Numbered from the stretch's first letter, positions 11,146 to 25,500 are shown. The stretch: DNA of 64,000 bases from Cycas panzhihuaensis (GCA_023213395.1 CM041465.1:82777741-82841740); one strand, 5' to 3'. Made by a program: numbers and translations. The notes: generated from the sequence alone by a model not told the origin.

Positions 11146-12806
11146 ATGGCAGGTACAGTGGAAAGAATGGCGCTAGCAATTTTAGTCTGGGAGAATGATG
11201 ATAGCCGAATTCCAGAAGAATGGATAGTAATCCTAGAAAACGACAGGAGACGCCAACTACTCCATCAAACAGAATTGCAAAAATTTGTGACGGTAGGAAT
11301 ATTTGGGAATGCGGAGGAGTTTATGCAGAAGATACTTCCTTTGCTGGCAAAGTACCCGCAAATGGTGCAGATTACAGAGGAGGTGTTGATGATAGCCACT
11401 GGCCTGCCAAACAGGGGGTCAGAAATCCGTCGAGATCCCTTATTATCTCGCGAAGAAGCAGCCAGGATGATGGGAGCAACGAGCAGTGACGTGACGTCAG
11501 CAGGAATTCGGATTGCAGGGATAGAAGATTCGAATAAGCACTTCCTTGCCCAGTTGATTTTCTCAAAAATCATACTTACGCAGAAGAATGCGTTTGCCCC
11601 GAGTAATTTGCGAACCATGCTTAATGAGGTAGCCCAGGGAAGAGTGTTCAACTAGGCAAAGTTTGTAAAGAAAAAGCTCTTGGATGCTTTACAAGCTATT
11701 AGGAGATCCAGTAGACCAGTTCTTTTTTATTATGTTACAATCCTGTAGGGTATTCTTTTATTCTAGTGTCCTGGTATTAGGATGCCCAATGGAATGGAGC
11801 AGCAGTCCCCTTCAGCCATATGGACAAATGAAAAGTTAGGAAGATGGGAAAAAGAACAAATACAAGTACAAGTTTGGATAGAAAAGCTATACCAAGCAAA
11901 TGAAGTAGCGCCAGGAGTTCCACAGCCGGCAATGTAGAAGGGGAAAGGGAAGGTCAACTGGGAACCGGGAGCAAGTTCCAGAATTGAAGACACGCCAGTA
12001 GCAGAGGTAGCAAGCGAGCAGCGTGACGCTGAAGTGGAGGAAGTGAGGAGAAGAAAGCAGGCCTGAAATAGACAGGCAAAAGTGCATGTGTAAGAAGGCC
12101 GAGGCATGAAAGGAGAAGAAAGCAGTCGTAAGAGGAAGTCATAGCAGAAAAGAAACGGAACGCTGCAGCGCAAGAAAAGTGGAAGCGAGAAATATTAGAG
12201 ATTTTGGACAATCAGCCACCGGAACTGGAGTTTAACATAAGCAAGGAGGTACTAGAAGAAGGTTTAGATCCAATGGAGTGCGATGCACAAGACGTCGCAA
12301 CCTGGAGAACATCTTTTCTAGCAAAAGTAACTAGGCAATTGGTTACGGAATTGGAAAGTAGGGCCAAACCGCCAGATGAATCTTTGAAAAAGATTCATCA
12401 GATCACGGAAAATAAGTTGGAATTCCTGAAGGCATTCATAATGGACTGGGTGGACGATGTTCACGAAATCGGACCACATGTGGCGGAGTTTCAGAAAATA
12501 TTTGACAAACACATTCCAGGGGACATGCAACCGGTCTACCACTGGCTGGGAGCATGGATCATAAAATCGGATGAAGATTCGGAACGATGTAAGAATCTTT
12601 GGAAAGAACGCAAGGCATACAGGGAGTGCTTAGAGTTAACAGAAAGGGTCAATATGGAACTCAATCAAGAAATTGACCAGTTACAATCAGGAGAACAACC
12701 AACATTGGCCTTGCTAGATACATTGCAGGATGTTGCAATGTTATGTAAATATTTGAAACAGAAAGGACTGAAGGTACCTCCTCACATTGCGGAACCGGAG
12801 ATGTAA
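11146..12806 (+). pseudogene. Extra (env-position) ORF, ~550 codons ancestrally, unknown function
   Basis: ORFs 11146-11655 and 12204-12806 are joined by read-through of C>T/G>A stops and one frameshift ~12100; C-terminus homologous to 31140-31670. Confidence 0.85.
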
Positions 12807-12901
12807 TATATACGCCGCGAGAGAATAAAGATAAAGGAAAGAAGGAACTAAATTTTTTGTGAACGAGTATGCTACTCATTCAAAACAGGCGGCCGGGAAG
12901 A

Positions 12902-13565
12902 TGTGTGTAGTTGATTTTGCTGCTACAACTACTACAGGACTGTTATAGGACTGCTATGACTGCTACAAGACTGCTATAGGACTACTATGACTGATACAGG
13001 ACTGCTACAGGACTACTACGGGGCTGCTATAGGACTGCTACGACTACTACAGGCTGCTATGGAACTACTACAGAGCTGCGGCGACTGTTATGCAAGGTGC
13101 AGCAACTGCTATGTAAGGTGCGATAACTGCTACGCGACTGCGATGACTACTATGTGATCAAGGGCGATCGCTACGTGATCGCGGTGATCGCCCTTTCTGC
13201 GGTGGTGGCGCTATGTAACTACTACCCAGTTGTTATTCGGGCAGAGAATGGGTCTGGCGTGCAAGACCATGACGATTAGAAGAAATAACTTATTTTTAGG
13301 AAACAGTTATGTAACGTCCACAATTTGTATATAAAAGTGGGAACCGCAATGTGCGGAACAGAGTTCAGTTTGCATACATGTAATTGTAATAGAGCTGCAC
13401 CACGTGTGAGGGCAGCCATTACATCTTGTTACGGCGATACGGTTGTGAGAGGACCAGACGCAGTGCCATGTTTTTGAATGAAAGTAATTCGGATGATTTT
13501 ACCCCCAACGTGTGTGTCTTTCTCTTTGCATTCTGTATGTTACAAGTATGATTGAGGCACACACA
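12902..13565 (+). repeat. 3' LTR (664 bp)
   Basis: Direct repeat of 3494-4105, followed by TSD AGAGG. Confidence 0.95.
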
Positions 13566-14807
13566 AGAGGATCATGGTCCATTAGAGGGCGGTCATGCAT
13601 TAGCATCATAATGTATTTGTGAGTGGAAGCCTTGGAAGAGAGCTCACAAAGAGGGAGATTTGTGATGGGGATGTTTGCAATATAACGATAGTCATTTGAT
13701 GACAATGCAGGAGACAAGATTAGAGTTGTTCGATCAGAGAAGAAGAAATGAAGAGAAGGCAAAGGAGTAGCAAAGTAGGTAGCTGCGATGAAACAACTAT
13801 TGTTAGATTGAAGATATGTGCGAGCATTTCGTGGACTCGTGGGTGAAGTAATCATAGGAGATCGTGAGAGGGAAGAAAGTAACAATGTAGTGAGTAGATA
13901 AAGCATGAAGCCTATTAGAGGCTGATGTGTGATAGAGATTTGCAAGACCAGAGACTTGCAAGATGAGATGATGGAGAAGCGTGAGAAAGCGAGAATGCAT
14001 GCAAACAATCAACTATAAAGATGTGGATAATTAATGCAAAAGCAACCATTGGAGTTAATGCATAATCGACCGGTAGATGAATTCAAACAAAGCCAATTGA
14101 TGAATTGGTGGGATGCCGATTTGCAGAAGACTGAATATATGGAGATGTACTCACCCTAGAAAGGGTTCTATGGGGAAGGACCATAGGAATAGAAGGGAAG
14201 AAGGAAGGAATAGAAAAGCTATGACGTGGAAACTTAAGGAGTTAGAGAAGAAGATGCATAGAACTGTCAATAGAGGCAATGCATAAAGGGGTTGAAGAGA
14301 AGAGAATTTGTTAGAAGTAGAAATGCCAATAGATGCAACATTATTTGATTGTAAAACTCAGTAGAATAACACTGAGTTAATATTATCAAGTAGATGCCCG
14401 AGAGGCATAGTGAGTGAGTGACTATGAGTGGGAAGGCCTATAAGGTGGTTGATAATGTAATACATGAGCTAGAGGGCAAATGTATGAAAGGAATATGTTC
14501 TTCTGTGTACTGTAAAGATCTGTAATCATTTATGTGTTCCTATTGGTTAATGTAAATGGAAATGTATAAATGTATCATTACATGTAAAATCTCTATTATA
14601 TAATAGAAAGGGGTTTTGTCCCCTTATTATTTAAAGATCATAGTTGCAATTTCATTGGGTGTCTATGTTGTGTTGTGTAGTGTGTGTCTAATTGGCATCC
14701 AGCAGGTATTTGCATCAGTTTTGGTATTAGAGCCAAGGAAAAGCAAAGGGAGAAAGAAACAAAGCTTATATGAAGTGAAGTCTTGTGAGGAGGAGGAGTA
14801 AAGGAAG

Positions 14808-15250
14808 ATGATAGGCAAGAATACTAGGAAACAGGAACTAGAGACTAAATTGAAGGAGGTGGAAGCATTGGAAAGAAGAATGGAAGAGTTGGAGAAAGGA
14901 AGGTGCCAGGTGAAGAAGAGCTCTAAGAGCATGGAGCAAAATCTAGTTGATCTACTGAGATTAGCTTTGGGAGAATGGATGAAGAAGAAAGGATTTGAAG
15001 CAGAGGAGGACATTATGGAGTTTGATGGTAGCCCAGAGAGATTAGATAGTTAGGTGAAGCCAATGGAACGCCTATTTCTAAAGAAGAAGTTGAGGGGGCA
15101 AAATAAGTTGAAGTTTGTTGTAGGGAGTTTGAAGAGAGAAGTAGAGCTATGGTGGAGGAGTGTGCAGGAGAAGAGAGTGAAGAAGAGCAAGAAGAAGATT
15201 GAGGAGCGAAGCACGATGAGAGATTGAGTGTTGAACAAATTTACACTTGA
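14808..15250 (+). pseudogene. Gag N-terminal remnant
   Basis: Coiled-coil followed by FDG..W..MER.F...WW pattern. Confidence 0.65.
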
Positions 15251-17411
15251 TGGGGATGAGGATGAGTATCTATATGCAAGAGGAGACACACAGGAGGTGA
15301 CTTTGTATTAAGAACAATTGGAGAACCTTTGGTGTTGTAGACTTCTACTTTGTTAGAGAGAGAAGTAGAGGATGGAGAAGAGACTGAGGTGATTCATTGT
15401 GATCTAGTTTCAGAGGATAGAAGCAAGGGTTTAGTAGATGTGGATGAGTATGTTGGAGACAAAGTAGATCCTCGTGTGGAGGACATACAAAAGCATGTCA
15501 GTCGCATGCTAGAGGAGGTGAAGTTCACCTGTGTTCTTGTAAAGGAAGCACATGTATGTTCATAGGTATTGGAGGAGAAACTTGGTGAGATGATGATTAA
15601 GGAAGAAGTAGAAGAGAGCATGCTAGAATTGTGCCCTGGTGATGAGGAGGATAAAGTGACTAAGAACATTTGTGAGGAGGATGTTGTGGAAGAGGTTGTG
15701 AAGAATGAGGAGGAGAGCTTGCATGTAGAGCCAAGCTAGTTACATGTTGATGCAACAAAGAAATAGATTGGAGGAAAAAAGAGGTAGCGAAGAAGCACAC
15801 ACTAGAGTTATGCCTTAGAGATGCAAAGAGTGACGTTGTGGAGAGTATTGCTATGGTGGATGTCTATGAGTAGAAAGTGCAAATGAAAGTAGACATAGAG
15901 ATATACTATGATAGTGCTCATTTGGTGGATGATGAACATGTGTTTGAGGAGGAGGATAAGCCCTTTATGACCATAGAGGAGAGTGTCTGAGGAGAACAAT
16001 GAGTTATCAATCTGTGAGGTTGTTGAAGAAAAAAGAAAAAGTACATGAAGGAAGAGAAGAAGAAGCTAAATACCTTGAGCGGGTAGAAGGAGGAGAGAAT
16101 GAAAATATGTAGAAAAATGCAATTGTGGATGCTGCATGTAAGTGCCTAGAGGATTGTGATGTGCAAGAGCCTGTAGAAGAGAGAACTATAGAGAAGGAGG
16201 CGAGGATTTGCTTGGTAAAGAAAGCAGATGAGATGACTATTGATGAGAGTAACTAGAATGGGAAGGCAAACATTTTGGATGAAAATATGAGTGAGTTTGT
16301 TGAGGAGGAGACTATAGAAGAGATGAAGGTGCTTGAGAAGGTGAAGAAGATGGAGATGGAGATGGAGATGAAGAATTTAGGTGCTAGACTTAAATCCATA
16401 TTGCCCTGTGTGATAATTAGCACTGGGGGTGTTATGGTGGATTTAGAGAAGAAAGTATATACAAAGGGGAAGTAGGAGCATAATTTAAGTGGGAGGCCTA
16501 AATCATTGAAGCAATGTGAAGAACTCGCCATCTTAGCTTAGCCAGTTATGAATATTTTTTTGAGGGAGGGTAAGTAGAAGGTTTGTGATCAATGTAATTA
16601 TTTGAAGATTATAAGAGAGGAGTTCTAGCATGAAAAGACCAAGAAGGATGTGTAGTTTGTGGAGAGGAGTTCGAGGACAAGAGAAGTGGAGTTGAGAAAA
16701 GAATTGCTGCTAAAGGAAGATCACAAAATTTTATTTAATCCTAAAGGGTCATTTTAATTTTAAAATTAAGAGAGAATGCAACAACTACAAAGCTAGCTAA
16801 TGAATTGGCAAGAGGTCCATTTGTAGAAGACTATATATATGAAGATGAGCTTGCCCAAGAAAGGGTTTCACAAGGAACGACTAAAGGAGTAGAAGGGGAA
16901 AAGGAAGAGAAAAGTTATGATGTGGTAGATGAAGAAGTTAGAGAAGAAGAAGATGCACAAAAACATTGATAGAGGTAATGCATGAAGGGTTTAAGAGGAG
17001 AATTTGTCAGAAGTGTAAAAACATCAATAGAGGCAACATTGCTTGATTGCAGAACTTAGAGTAATATTGAGTTAATGTTATCCAATAGATGCCTAGGGAG
17101 GCATAGTGAATGAGTGATTTTGAGTGTGAAGGCCTATGAGGTGGTCGATAATGTAATGTGTGAGCTAGAGGGTGAATGTATAAAGGGAATATGTTTTGTG
17201 TATTGTAAAGATCAGTGATCACTTTTATGTTCCTATGGGTTAATGTAAATGGAACTTTATGAATGTATCATTACATGTAAAAGCTTTGTTATATATTAGA
17301 AAGGGGTTTTGTCTTCTCATTGTTTAAAGATCCTAGTCACAAAACCCATTCAGTGCCTATGTGGTGTTGCATATTACAGGTCTATTTGGCATCTAACAGG
17401 TGGCTACATCA

Positions 17412-19040
17412 AAATGGCATCATGATGGAAGTAAAAGAGAACCTAAGATTGGTTAGGAACTAATCCAAGATGAAAATAGGTAGACAAAAAGGATTTGAGG
17501 ATGATGAGAAAACTTGTAGTTGGAAATGGAAATGTTCATCAACTATAGAGCTATGACTAGAACATAGAGCAAGCTTGAGTTTAGTGGCAAAAGGAGGACC
17601 TATGATTGATAGTGGTGACCAACGTATGATAAAGATGATGATTGGTGACCTAGCGACAAATGATTGGTAACAAGGATTAGGCAACTAGTGACTGGGAAGT
17701 TGATGACCAATGAATAGAAACAGTGGAACCCGAATTCTAATGTATGAGACGTAACTACAGAATTACGCCCATAGGTGCTAATGTGGGGAAGATGCTAATT
17801 GTGGCAATTGAGGTGACAAGAATAAGTTGTAAGAACCATTAAGGAAACAAATGCTAGTTGTTAGTGGATGATGCAACAAGAAATAATTACAGCTACCTAG
17901 GTTCTTTAGAAGAAAATGCTTCTCTTGTGAAGGTTATAAAAGTTGAGAGAATACATAGAAAAAGGGGTAGATAGTTTTAATGTAGTAATATATCCAAATA
18001 ACAAGAATCTTGTGCAAGTGATCTATATTCTTTGTAATGAATAACATCTCTCCTTGGACTCCTTTGGGAGTATCCTTGGATGGGATTACCTTTGTATTAA
18101 TAAAAGATACATATTTGATTAAGTTTTTCTCTTTGCTATGATATGTCTTGTACTTGGGAGTTCATCATTTGTGTTATATGTATGTCACTTCCCTTACATT
18201 CTTCTTTGAAAGGGGGTGAGTTATACTAAGCTATTATATACTTCTCATACATGGGTTGAGCATTCAAACTCTACTTATTAAATAAACTACTCCTACTAAT
18301 CTACCTTTTGAGATCTAATGGTTCACTAAAGGATATCAAAAATCCCAAGTATCGTTTAGGTGACAAGGCATATACCATCACCTGTAGAGAGTTTAAATTT
18401 TGGTATTAGAGTTGACTTTATGCCCTAGACAACAATAAGTGCACACCATTTCAGATCATAAATTTTGGTATCACTTTGAACCTCAGAAAGGAAGGCTTCT
18501 ACACACCATGCTAGTTCCATTTGGGTCCCTAACAAGGGATGTTGTAGAATGCTCCCATTGATTGGAACTACCTTTGTGGAAGAAGTGACTTTAAAGGACT
18601 ATGAGTTAAGGAGCATAGAGAGTACTAAACATGGATAAAAGAAAACGAAAGTGTGGTGCCAATTGACAAAAAAAATAGTAAATTCAAGTGGAAGCTATTG
18701 AATGGTGCCTTGGTCACGAGAGTGATGCAAGTGAAGGGGAATAGATTGCTGCCACAAAAGCACTAAGTCCCATATAAGCATTGCAAAATGTAAGACACAT
18801 AGTAGCATTATTAAAGGTGGGATTCTTCACATAACCAAAACCCTTTGACATGGAAGACCCCTCAAGGCATTGTCAATGGTGTGAGATAGATCTATGATAG
18901 GTCAATCATGATCTTAGAGGAGAGTATCAAGGGTGTCTAAGATATGTTACCAATTAGGGAGCAATTCCCATAATTGAAGAGTTGCAATATATATATAATT
19001 TCTTAGAGGGAAAGATTTGTTGAATGTAGTGATTGAGAAT
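17412..19040 (+). mobile_element. Highly decayed LTR element fragment
   Basis: Degenerate Met PBS TGGTATTAGAGT at 18401-18412 after LTR-like sequence; Cys/His knuckle-like remnants ~18870-18920. Confidence 0.4.
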
Positions 19041-19559
19041 GTTGTGACAAGCACAACTAACCCTCACTCACATGAATAAGGTAGGCTAGCTAAATTGTCC
19101 ATAGAAGTCACCTTAATGTCACAAAGCACTCTTTAACTACGTTGTTGCCACATATGATGTTGGCTCTAGTTAGCGATTGATTCTATGCATAAGACCCAAT
19201 TAAATTAATTCAATGTATTTTTCATATATACAAGCAATAGTTAGTTGGGAGTGGTTTAATTAATGGGACTTATAGGTAGGGGACTTGCACCTTTTTAGTT
19301 TTATGAACCTATTGCAAGGTTTCTTCATGCACATTGCCTCTACCTCCTAGCTGGAATCTCGTGGCTACCATCTATAGCAGGCTCCACCATATGACCCTCT
19401 ATAATGCCCCAACTCATCAACTGGTATGGCTTGTTGTGCCAACATGATAATTATGTCTAGGCTGCATTTTCGGACACTACGTGTTGGGTTCAAATTGTGA
19501 CTATACATGCTTGGGACAGTGGAAAACATGCTAATTTATGTCTAGTGGGTTGAGATATA

Positions 19560-20000
19560 TGTAGGAGAAGACCCAACACATGGCAAGTACGAATGGGAGT
19601 ACAATAGAACCAAGGAAAATGCTAAAATATGCTCTCAGAGAATACATTATAGGATGTGTTTTGAATAGGAACACATATGAAAATGCATATAGGAATGCAT
19701 GATAGAGAATCTAAAATTGGGTGATACATTCCATGTTTGATGACCTTAGTGCCCCAAGAGCCTTCGTATGGTCGAATGGCCACTGTGTTAAAGAATTGTT
19801 AGTAATTAAGTGTATTAGGATGGAAAGGTGTTGTGTTATGAAAATGAATGGTTGTGACCATAAGTCACAACCATTCCTCTGAAAGGTATATATTGGTCAT
19901 TTCTCCACCTTGTTGATATGAGAGCCAAGTTAGTGAGTTCTATGGCATGTTTTCAAATGTGAGAGCCAAGTTTCTTGATCTAGTGTCATCTTTTCTTGTG
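19560..20000 (+). repeat. Decayed LTR related to 35273-36915
   Basis: Similar start (TGTAGGAGAAGACCCAACACATGG vs TGTTGGGGAAAAATCTAGCACATGG), same 13-bp hairpin, TGAGAGCCAAG motifs. Confidence 0.7.
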
Positions 20001-22561
20001 CATCTAAACCAACACAAGATAGACATATTGTTAAGTGTGCAATGGTAGATAAAGATTTGTGAAAGAGATGTGCCATGAGAGAAAAGGCACCAAAGCATTG
20101 CTAAGGAGGCAACAAAGGTTGTAGCTAGGAACTCAAAGGAGCCATTGGAACTCAAACTGAAGAGATTTGAAATCCACTACTCCAAAGGTACACTATTGAA
20201 AGATGATCATGAAGAAGGACCAAGAGAAAAGTCAACCACTCTGAAAAGCCAAACTAGATGTAGAACTAAACCAAATGTGTACTAAAAGAAGGGCACAATC
20301 ACCGAGTCCATTGTTGGAATGAAGTCTACATCTATCATAATGGGTATGAAGAATCATACCAACGCCAAAATTACTCAAAATTGCCCCAAAAAGGTGCTTA
20401 AAGACAAAGGATCCAAGAATGCACTAGAAGGAGGCAACAACCAAGGTTATAATAGCAACAATAGGAAAAAGATCATCTACTATTAAAATGGAAACCGACA
20501 TCGAAAAAAATCCAAAAGGTGAACATCTTTGAAACATAAGCAAAATGAGAGTCTATCACAACTGAAGAACATCATGAACCAAGATGGCATGAAGCATCCA
20601 ACTGAAAAGCTAAACAAAGTTCTTGTTGAAATTGTAGAATGAAAGAAAGGAAGCAAAAAATTTACTTCACAATGCTGCTAATAACTCGAATAGGGCCAAA
20701 AGAAACTGGGACCAAAAGCAGGAGAAAATTTTGCTCAATCATGAACCACTACTACTTAGAGTGTCCAAAAGGTAAATGTTACATAATTGTTTACTAAATT
20801 GTGTAGCTTGACCACTGGCACATGTGACCAAATAACTAGGTTGTCAGTGTTGGGCATTTACTTTTGTGCGCGGGCCGTTTAGTCCCACCAATAGGATTGT
20901 AAGCCGCTTCTCTCTCCAATAAAATTCTATATAAAGCGACCATCATTGCCTATTTAAGGCCCCAAAAATATATAGGGTTCATTATGTTGAAATAATATCA
21001 AGAGATCATATTGTTGTATGTTTTGGTACCCATTTGGTGTTCAAATTTGTGCTCATTTCTGTATTTGGTTTACTTATTTTGCTAAAGCGAATGATCCCCA
21101 AATCATTATTTTGTGCTCTTTTGATCTTCTAATCTATTGTTGTGTAAAGAATACTTGAGAAAGACATGCTCCAAGTGGTATCATATCTAAGTTCAGATCC
21201 ACCCAAAGAAGAAGATCAGTAGGAGGAGCATAAAAATTGGATTTTTTTCTTTTCCCTTAAGCGATTCTGAGAACCCTCTTGTGCTTTCATTTATGTTTTT
21301 TGTGTTGTTATTATTTTCTAAAATCCTACAATCAGTTGCAAGTGGGTAACAAGATCCCTCCCTCCCATATCCCCTAGTTGTTAGGTAGAGACCCGATGGT
21401 GAGGGTCTTTAAACATCACAGGGATCTATCATTTTTAGCCAAGTGTACATGGGTATATGCTTGTGCATGGAGCAAAGTAAATAACACTGCTTATGTAGGC
21501 CTTAGACAAAACCTAGCTATGGAATTGAGCCTCCACGTACCTTCGGGTATATCAGAGGACCCTTACAAGTTCCCCTTGCCTTACCTAGTTTAGGAAAACT
21601 GTTGGCCGCTTGTCCTTTGCAATGCACTAGTTAACGGTTAGTGCCAAAAAGCTACTGTTCATGAAAACCCCAACACAACTATCGTGGCTACAGGAATGGA
21701 TTTCCTTCAAAGTTGGTGCCTTGAGACATTGGGCCGAGTGGTAGTAATGACTGGGAAGTTTATCAAGGGGCCTGTAGAACCAGGTACACCCTATAGGTAC
21801 TTCCAAATATAATACAAAATTGCTAAGACTGTTGTACATGTAAATATAAATTGTTGAGGCTATTGTATATCCGAATATAAATTGTTGATACTGCTATACT
21901 TCCTACTAATAATCCTACAATATAATAATAACACAAGCTTGTGATATGAGCACCAAATTCTAAATACTTCCTATCCAAATCTTTAACACAGTTTTTTGAG
22001 TCCAGTACCTAGTTGAGTCCAACCTTTAGTCCAACATCCACCTCACCTCTCAAAAAAAAAAAAAAAAGAAGAAAAAGGAGTCCATAGAGTCACTTCAAGA
22101 AATATTTGTTCAATTGAAATGAAACCTATATCAGTAGAGTCAGGACAAGAGTATTGGGCCATAAATTTTACCCTAGTCACATATACATCTTATTTTAATT
22201 AGCGCATTGTGTTGATCGTTGAGTTAGCAAAATCTCAACCTATTTTTTTAGCAAAAAATGATAGGTGGGCCCCACTGGCTAAAAAATCACACATAATTTT
22301 ACCTGCATCATCCTGATGAGCTCATTGCGCTCGTCGTGGTGCACTAAGTGGGATTGTTACCAAATTTGCACCCTACCTAAGCTTATTTGGACCCAGGAGT
22401 TTAATAGGCTATAAACACCTCCACCTCCACCGTTCTACACTATTCCCACCTCTTGAATCTTTTTCTTACTCTCTCATGCCCTTTCTTGGTGACTTTTTCT
22501 TCTCCCCTTAATACCTCTTCTTTGTATTCCCTTATTCACAAAAGTGGTAGTTACAAGTACA

Positions 22562-25500
22562 ATGACTGCCATACAAGCCGACAAGATCTAGGAACTCGAA
22601 ACATAGGTCGTCAACATCAACACCAATATGAAACAAAATAAAGACAACTTGTCCAAAGACATTGCCAACCTCAATAACAGTCTCACAATAGTGACCGAAA
22701 AATTCACCACATAGATGGAAAATGTTAACATAGAGGTCACCAAATTTTTGGTAGCTATGGCTAGCATGCCCTTTTCCTCAAACTCAACAAGGGATCACCT
22801 CCACCGATACCTCCAACAAGTGGACCATCTCCACCAGGACCATCGTTGTTTACACCAAGGCAAAACCAATGGCATCATAAGCTCAACATACCCATATTTG
22901 ATCCTGATCTCAACAGGGACTCGACCAGAAGTTGGATTAGTAAGCTTGAGTCCTATTTTGCCCTCAAGCCTATAGCCCTTGACGAGTAGCTAACCTTTGC
23001 TTCCTTTCACTTGGAAGGCAAGGCTCACCATTGGCTCCATTGGTGGTAGAAAAAGAACCTTATTCACACACAGGCCCTATTTTGTAATAACTTTTTCAAA
23101 TAATACGAGGATATGCGGAATCAATCCTTCTTTAGCCAATTCACTCAGTTAAAGCAAACAACTATGGTTGAAACATACACATAAGAATTCCAGGCACTTC
23201 AGAACAGAGTCTTCTAGTAGCTTGATCACCAAACGCTCATTGAAATATACATGTCTGGACTGAAGGAGCACATTCAAATGTGCCTAAAGACACTTACCCT
23301 TCGAACTTTGTGGGATGCCATCTCCATGGCCAAGGTTGTAGAAGAAGAGTTTGCAACAAAGTGTCAATCCAACTTTCGACAAGATTTTGGTTGGTACCAG
23401 CACTCCTAGTTTATCGATCAACAATGCCCATGACCTCTGGAGACCAACCAACAACAACCTTCAACAACACCTCCTCTTGACCCAGTTTGTGTACCTCTAG
23501 AAGAAGCTAATAGAAGGATGAAGGCTAGCCTCTGTATGAAATGCTCGAAGAAATGGACCCCCAATCATAATAGGGAGTGTAAAGCCAAAAGAATGATCTG
23601 TACCATTGATGCCAATTTGGAAGATGACTGAGATACCAATCATGAAGGGCCTAATCAAGAGTTGATGAGATCCCCCCTCAAGACCTTTCTCAGCCACTAG
23701 AACCTGAGGCCTCACTATCAATTGTCTCCTTTGTGTCATGTCCAAAACCCCTCCGTGTCAAGGGAACACTTAGGCAAATGCCTATTACTATCCTAATCGA
23801 CGATGGTGCGATGCTAAACTTTATTAACATATACTTACCAACTAGACTTGTACATAGTACCCAAAACTAGGTTCACTTGTTCTCTACTTGGACATCTTTC
23901 CCTCCATTGTGTAGAAACAATAAAAAATGTACAAATGCAAATAGGCGCATGCATCCTAATGTTCGATTTTTATGCCCTATCTATAGGAGGGTCTAATGCC
24001 ATCCTTGGGGTCCAATGGCTTCAAACATTAGGAACATACAACATAAATTATTTTTCTAACAATCCATTCATATTATTTAAAGACAACCATGGGCAAACCC
24101 ATAAACTCCATGGGATATAGACTCCCCTTAACAAACTTATCTCCCCTAGCAAAATGTGTCGACATTTGAATAATGGTGTCAAATACATAGTCTGTATCAA
24201 CAACATTGAAGTGCACATCACAACCAAACTTGAAATCCAAAATTTAATCCCCAAATACCAGTCTGTTTTTTCACCCATTTGTGCTACTACACCTCTAGAT
24301 CGTGGATTCCATCACTCAATTGAACTAAAAATCCCCACGGTCTAATTAGCCCAAGGCCATATCGAAACTGGTATTTTCAAAAGAATGAGATTGAAAGAAT
24401 AACCACTGAACTTATGGACATGGGAGTTATCCAGCCAAGCAAAAGTCCTTACGTAGCTCCGATTGTCCTAGTCCAGAAAAAAGATGGCTCATTCTACCTA
24501 TGTGTAGACTATAGGGAGCTTAGAAAATTACCATTAAAAATAAGTTCCCAATGCCCAAGATCGATCATATGCTTGATGAGATCTATGGCGCAACCATATT
24601 TTCTAAGCTTGATCTTCAATCTAGCTGTTGCTAAATCCCCATCGCCCTATAAGATCGCCAAAAACTGCATTCCATACACATCTTGGTCACTTTGAGTTTT
24701 AGGTCATGTCCTTTAGTCTTTGTAATGCCCCAACCACATTCCAAGCCCTCATGAGTAAGATGTTTGCCCCATACTTTATGCAAATTTGTCATTGTATTTT
24801 TTGATGATATCCTTGTCTACAACTCTGGGATGCTCCATCATCTCAAGCATTTGGAAAAGGTCCTCCAAATCCTTGCACAACAAAAGCTTTATGACAAACT
24901 ATTGAAGTGTGAATTTGGTAAGGCAATGTTGCAATACCTAGGACACATCATCTCCTCAGGGGATGTTTGAGTTGACCTTGAGAAAATTTCCACTATCACA
25001 TCATGGCCAATGGCTAAAAACTTAACACACCTTCGTGCCTTCTTCAACCTTATGGAATTCTACAAATGATTTATCTACAACTATGCCTCCATTGTTTCCC
25101 TACTAACGAACTTGCTTTGCAAGGACTCCTTTCAATGGTCCCCAGTAGTAGAGGATGCGTTCAACCATCTTAAGGCCATCATGACCTCAACCCCAGTCCT
25201 AGCCACTTCGGATTTTTCACAACAATTCTAGCTTGAATGTGATGCCTTAAGATTTGGATTAGGTGTTGTCCTTAATTAAAACTTTCACCCAATTGCCTTC
25301 AAAAACCATAAGCTTGAGGACCATGAGTGCAAGTTGTCCACCTATCAAAAAGAGATGAAGGCCATTATACACGTAGTTGACAAGTAGCACTAGCATCTCC
25401 TTGTCTTGACATTCACCATTCTTATAGACCACTATAGCCTTTGAACCCTCCTAGATCAACCAACCCTATCGGAGGAACAAGCCAAGTGGCTTTATCGCCT

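Larger units (their letters stand above)
3494..13565 (+). mobile_element. Full-length non-chromovirus Ty3/Gypsy element, tRNA-Glu primed, with extra 3' ORF
   Basis: LTRs 3494-4105 and 12902-13565 (TGTGTG...CACACA), perfect TSD AGAGG (3489-3493 and 13566-13570), order gag-PR-RT-RH-INT. Confidence 0.97.
3352..17411 (+). mobile_element. Old gag-only non-autonomous LTR element, split by the 3494-13565 insertion
   Basis: Diverged direct repeats ~14095-14717 and ~16790-17411, both ending CATCA; PBS TGGTATTAGAGC 14722-14733; gag remnant FDGSPERLDS*..MERLF..VELWW then E-rich sequence; no pol. Confidence 0.7.

Noticed and set aside
11146-12806. True retroviral env
   Set aside because: No signal peptide, furin/fusion motif or clear transmembrane anchor seen
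19400-19475. LTR pair with 32389-32470
   Set aside because: Only ~70 bp of similarity; no PBS, PPT or TSD could be established
22313-22345. Hammerhead ribozyme (CTGATGAG)
   Set aside because: No stem II followed by GAAA; none seen in the 282-bp LTRs either, so the 50294-54241 element is not called a retrozyme
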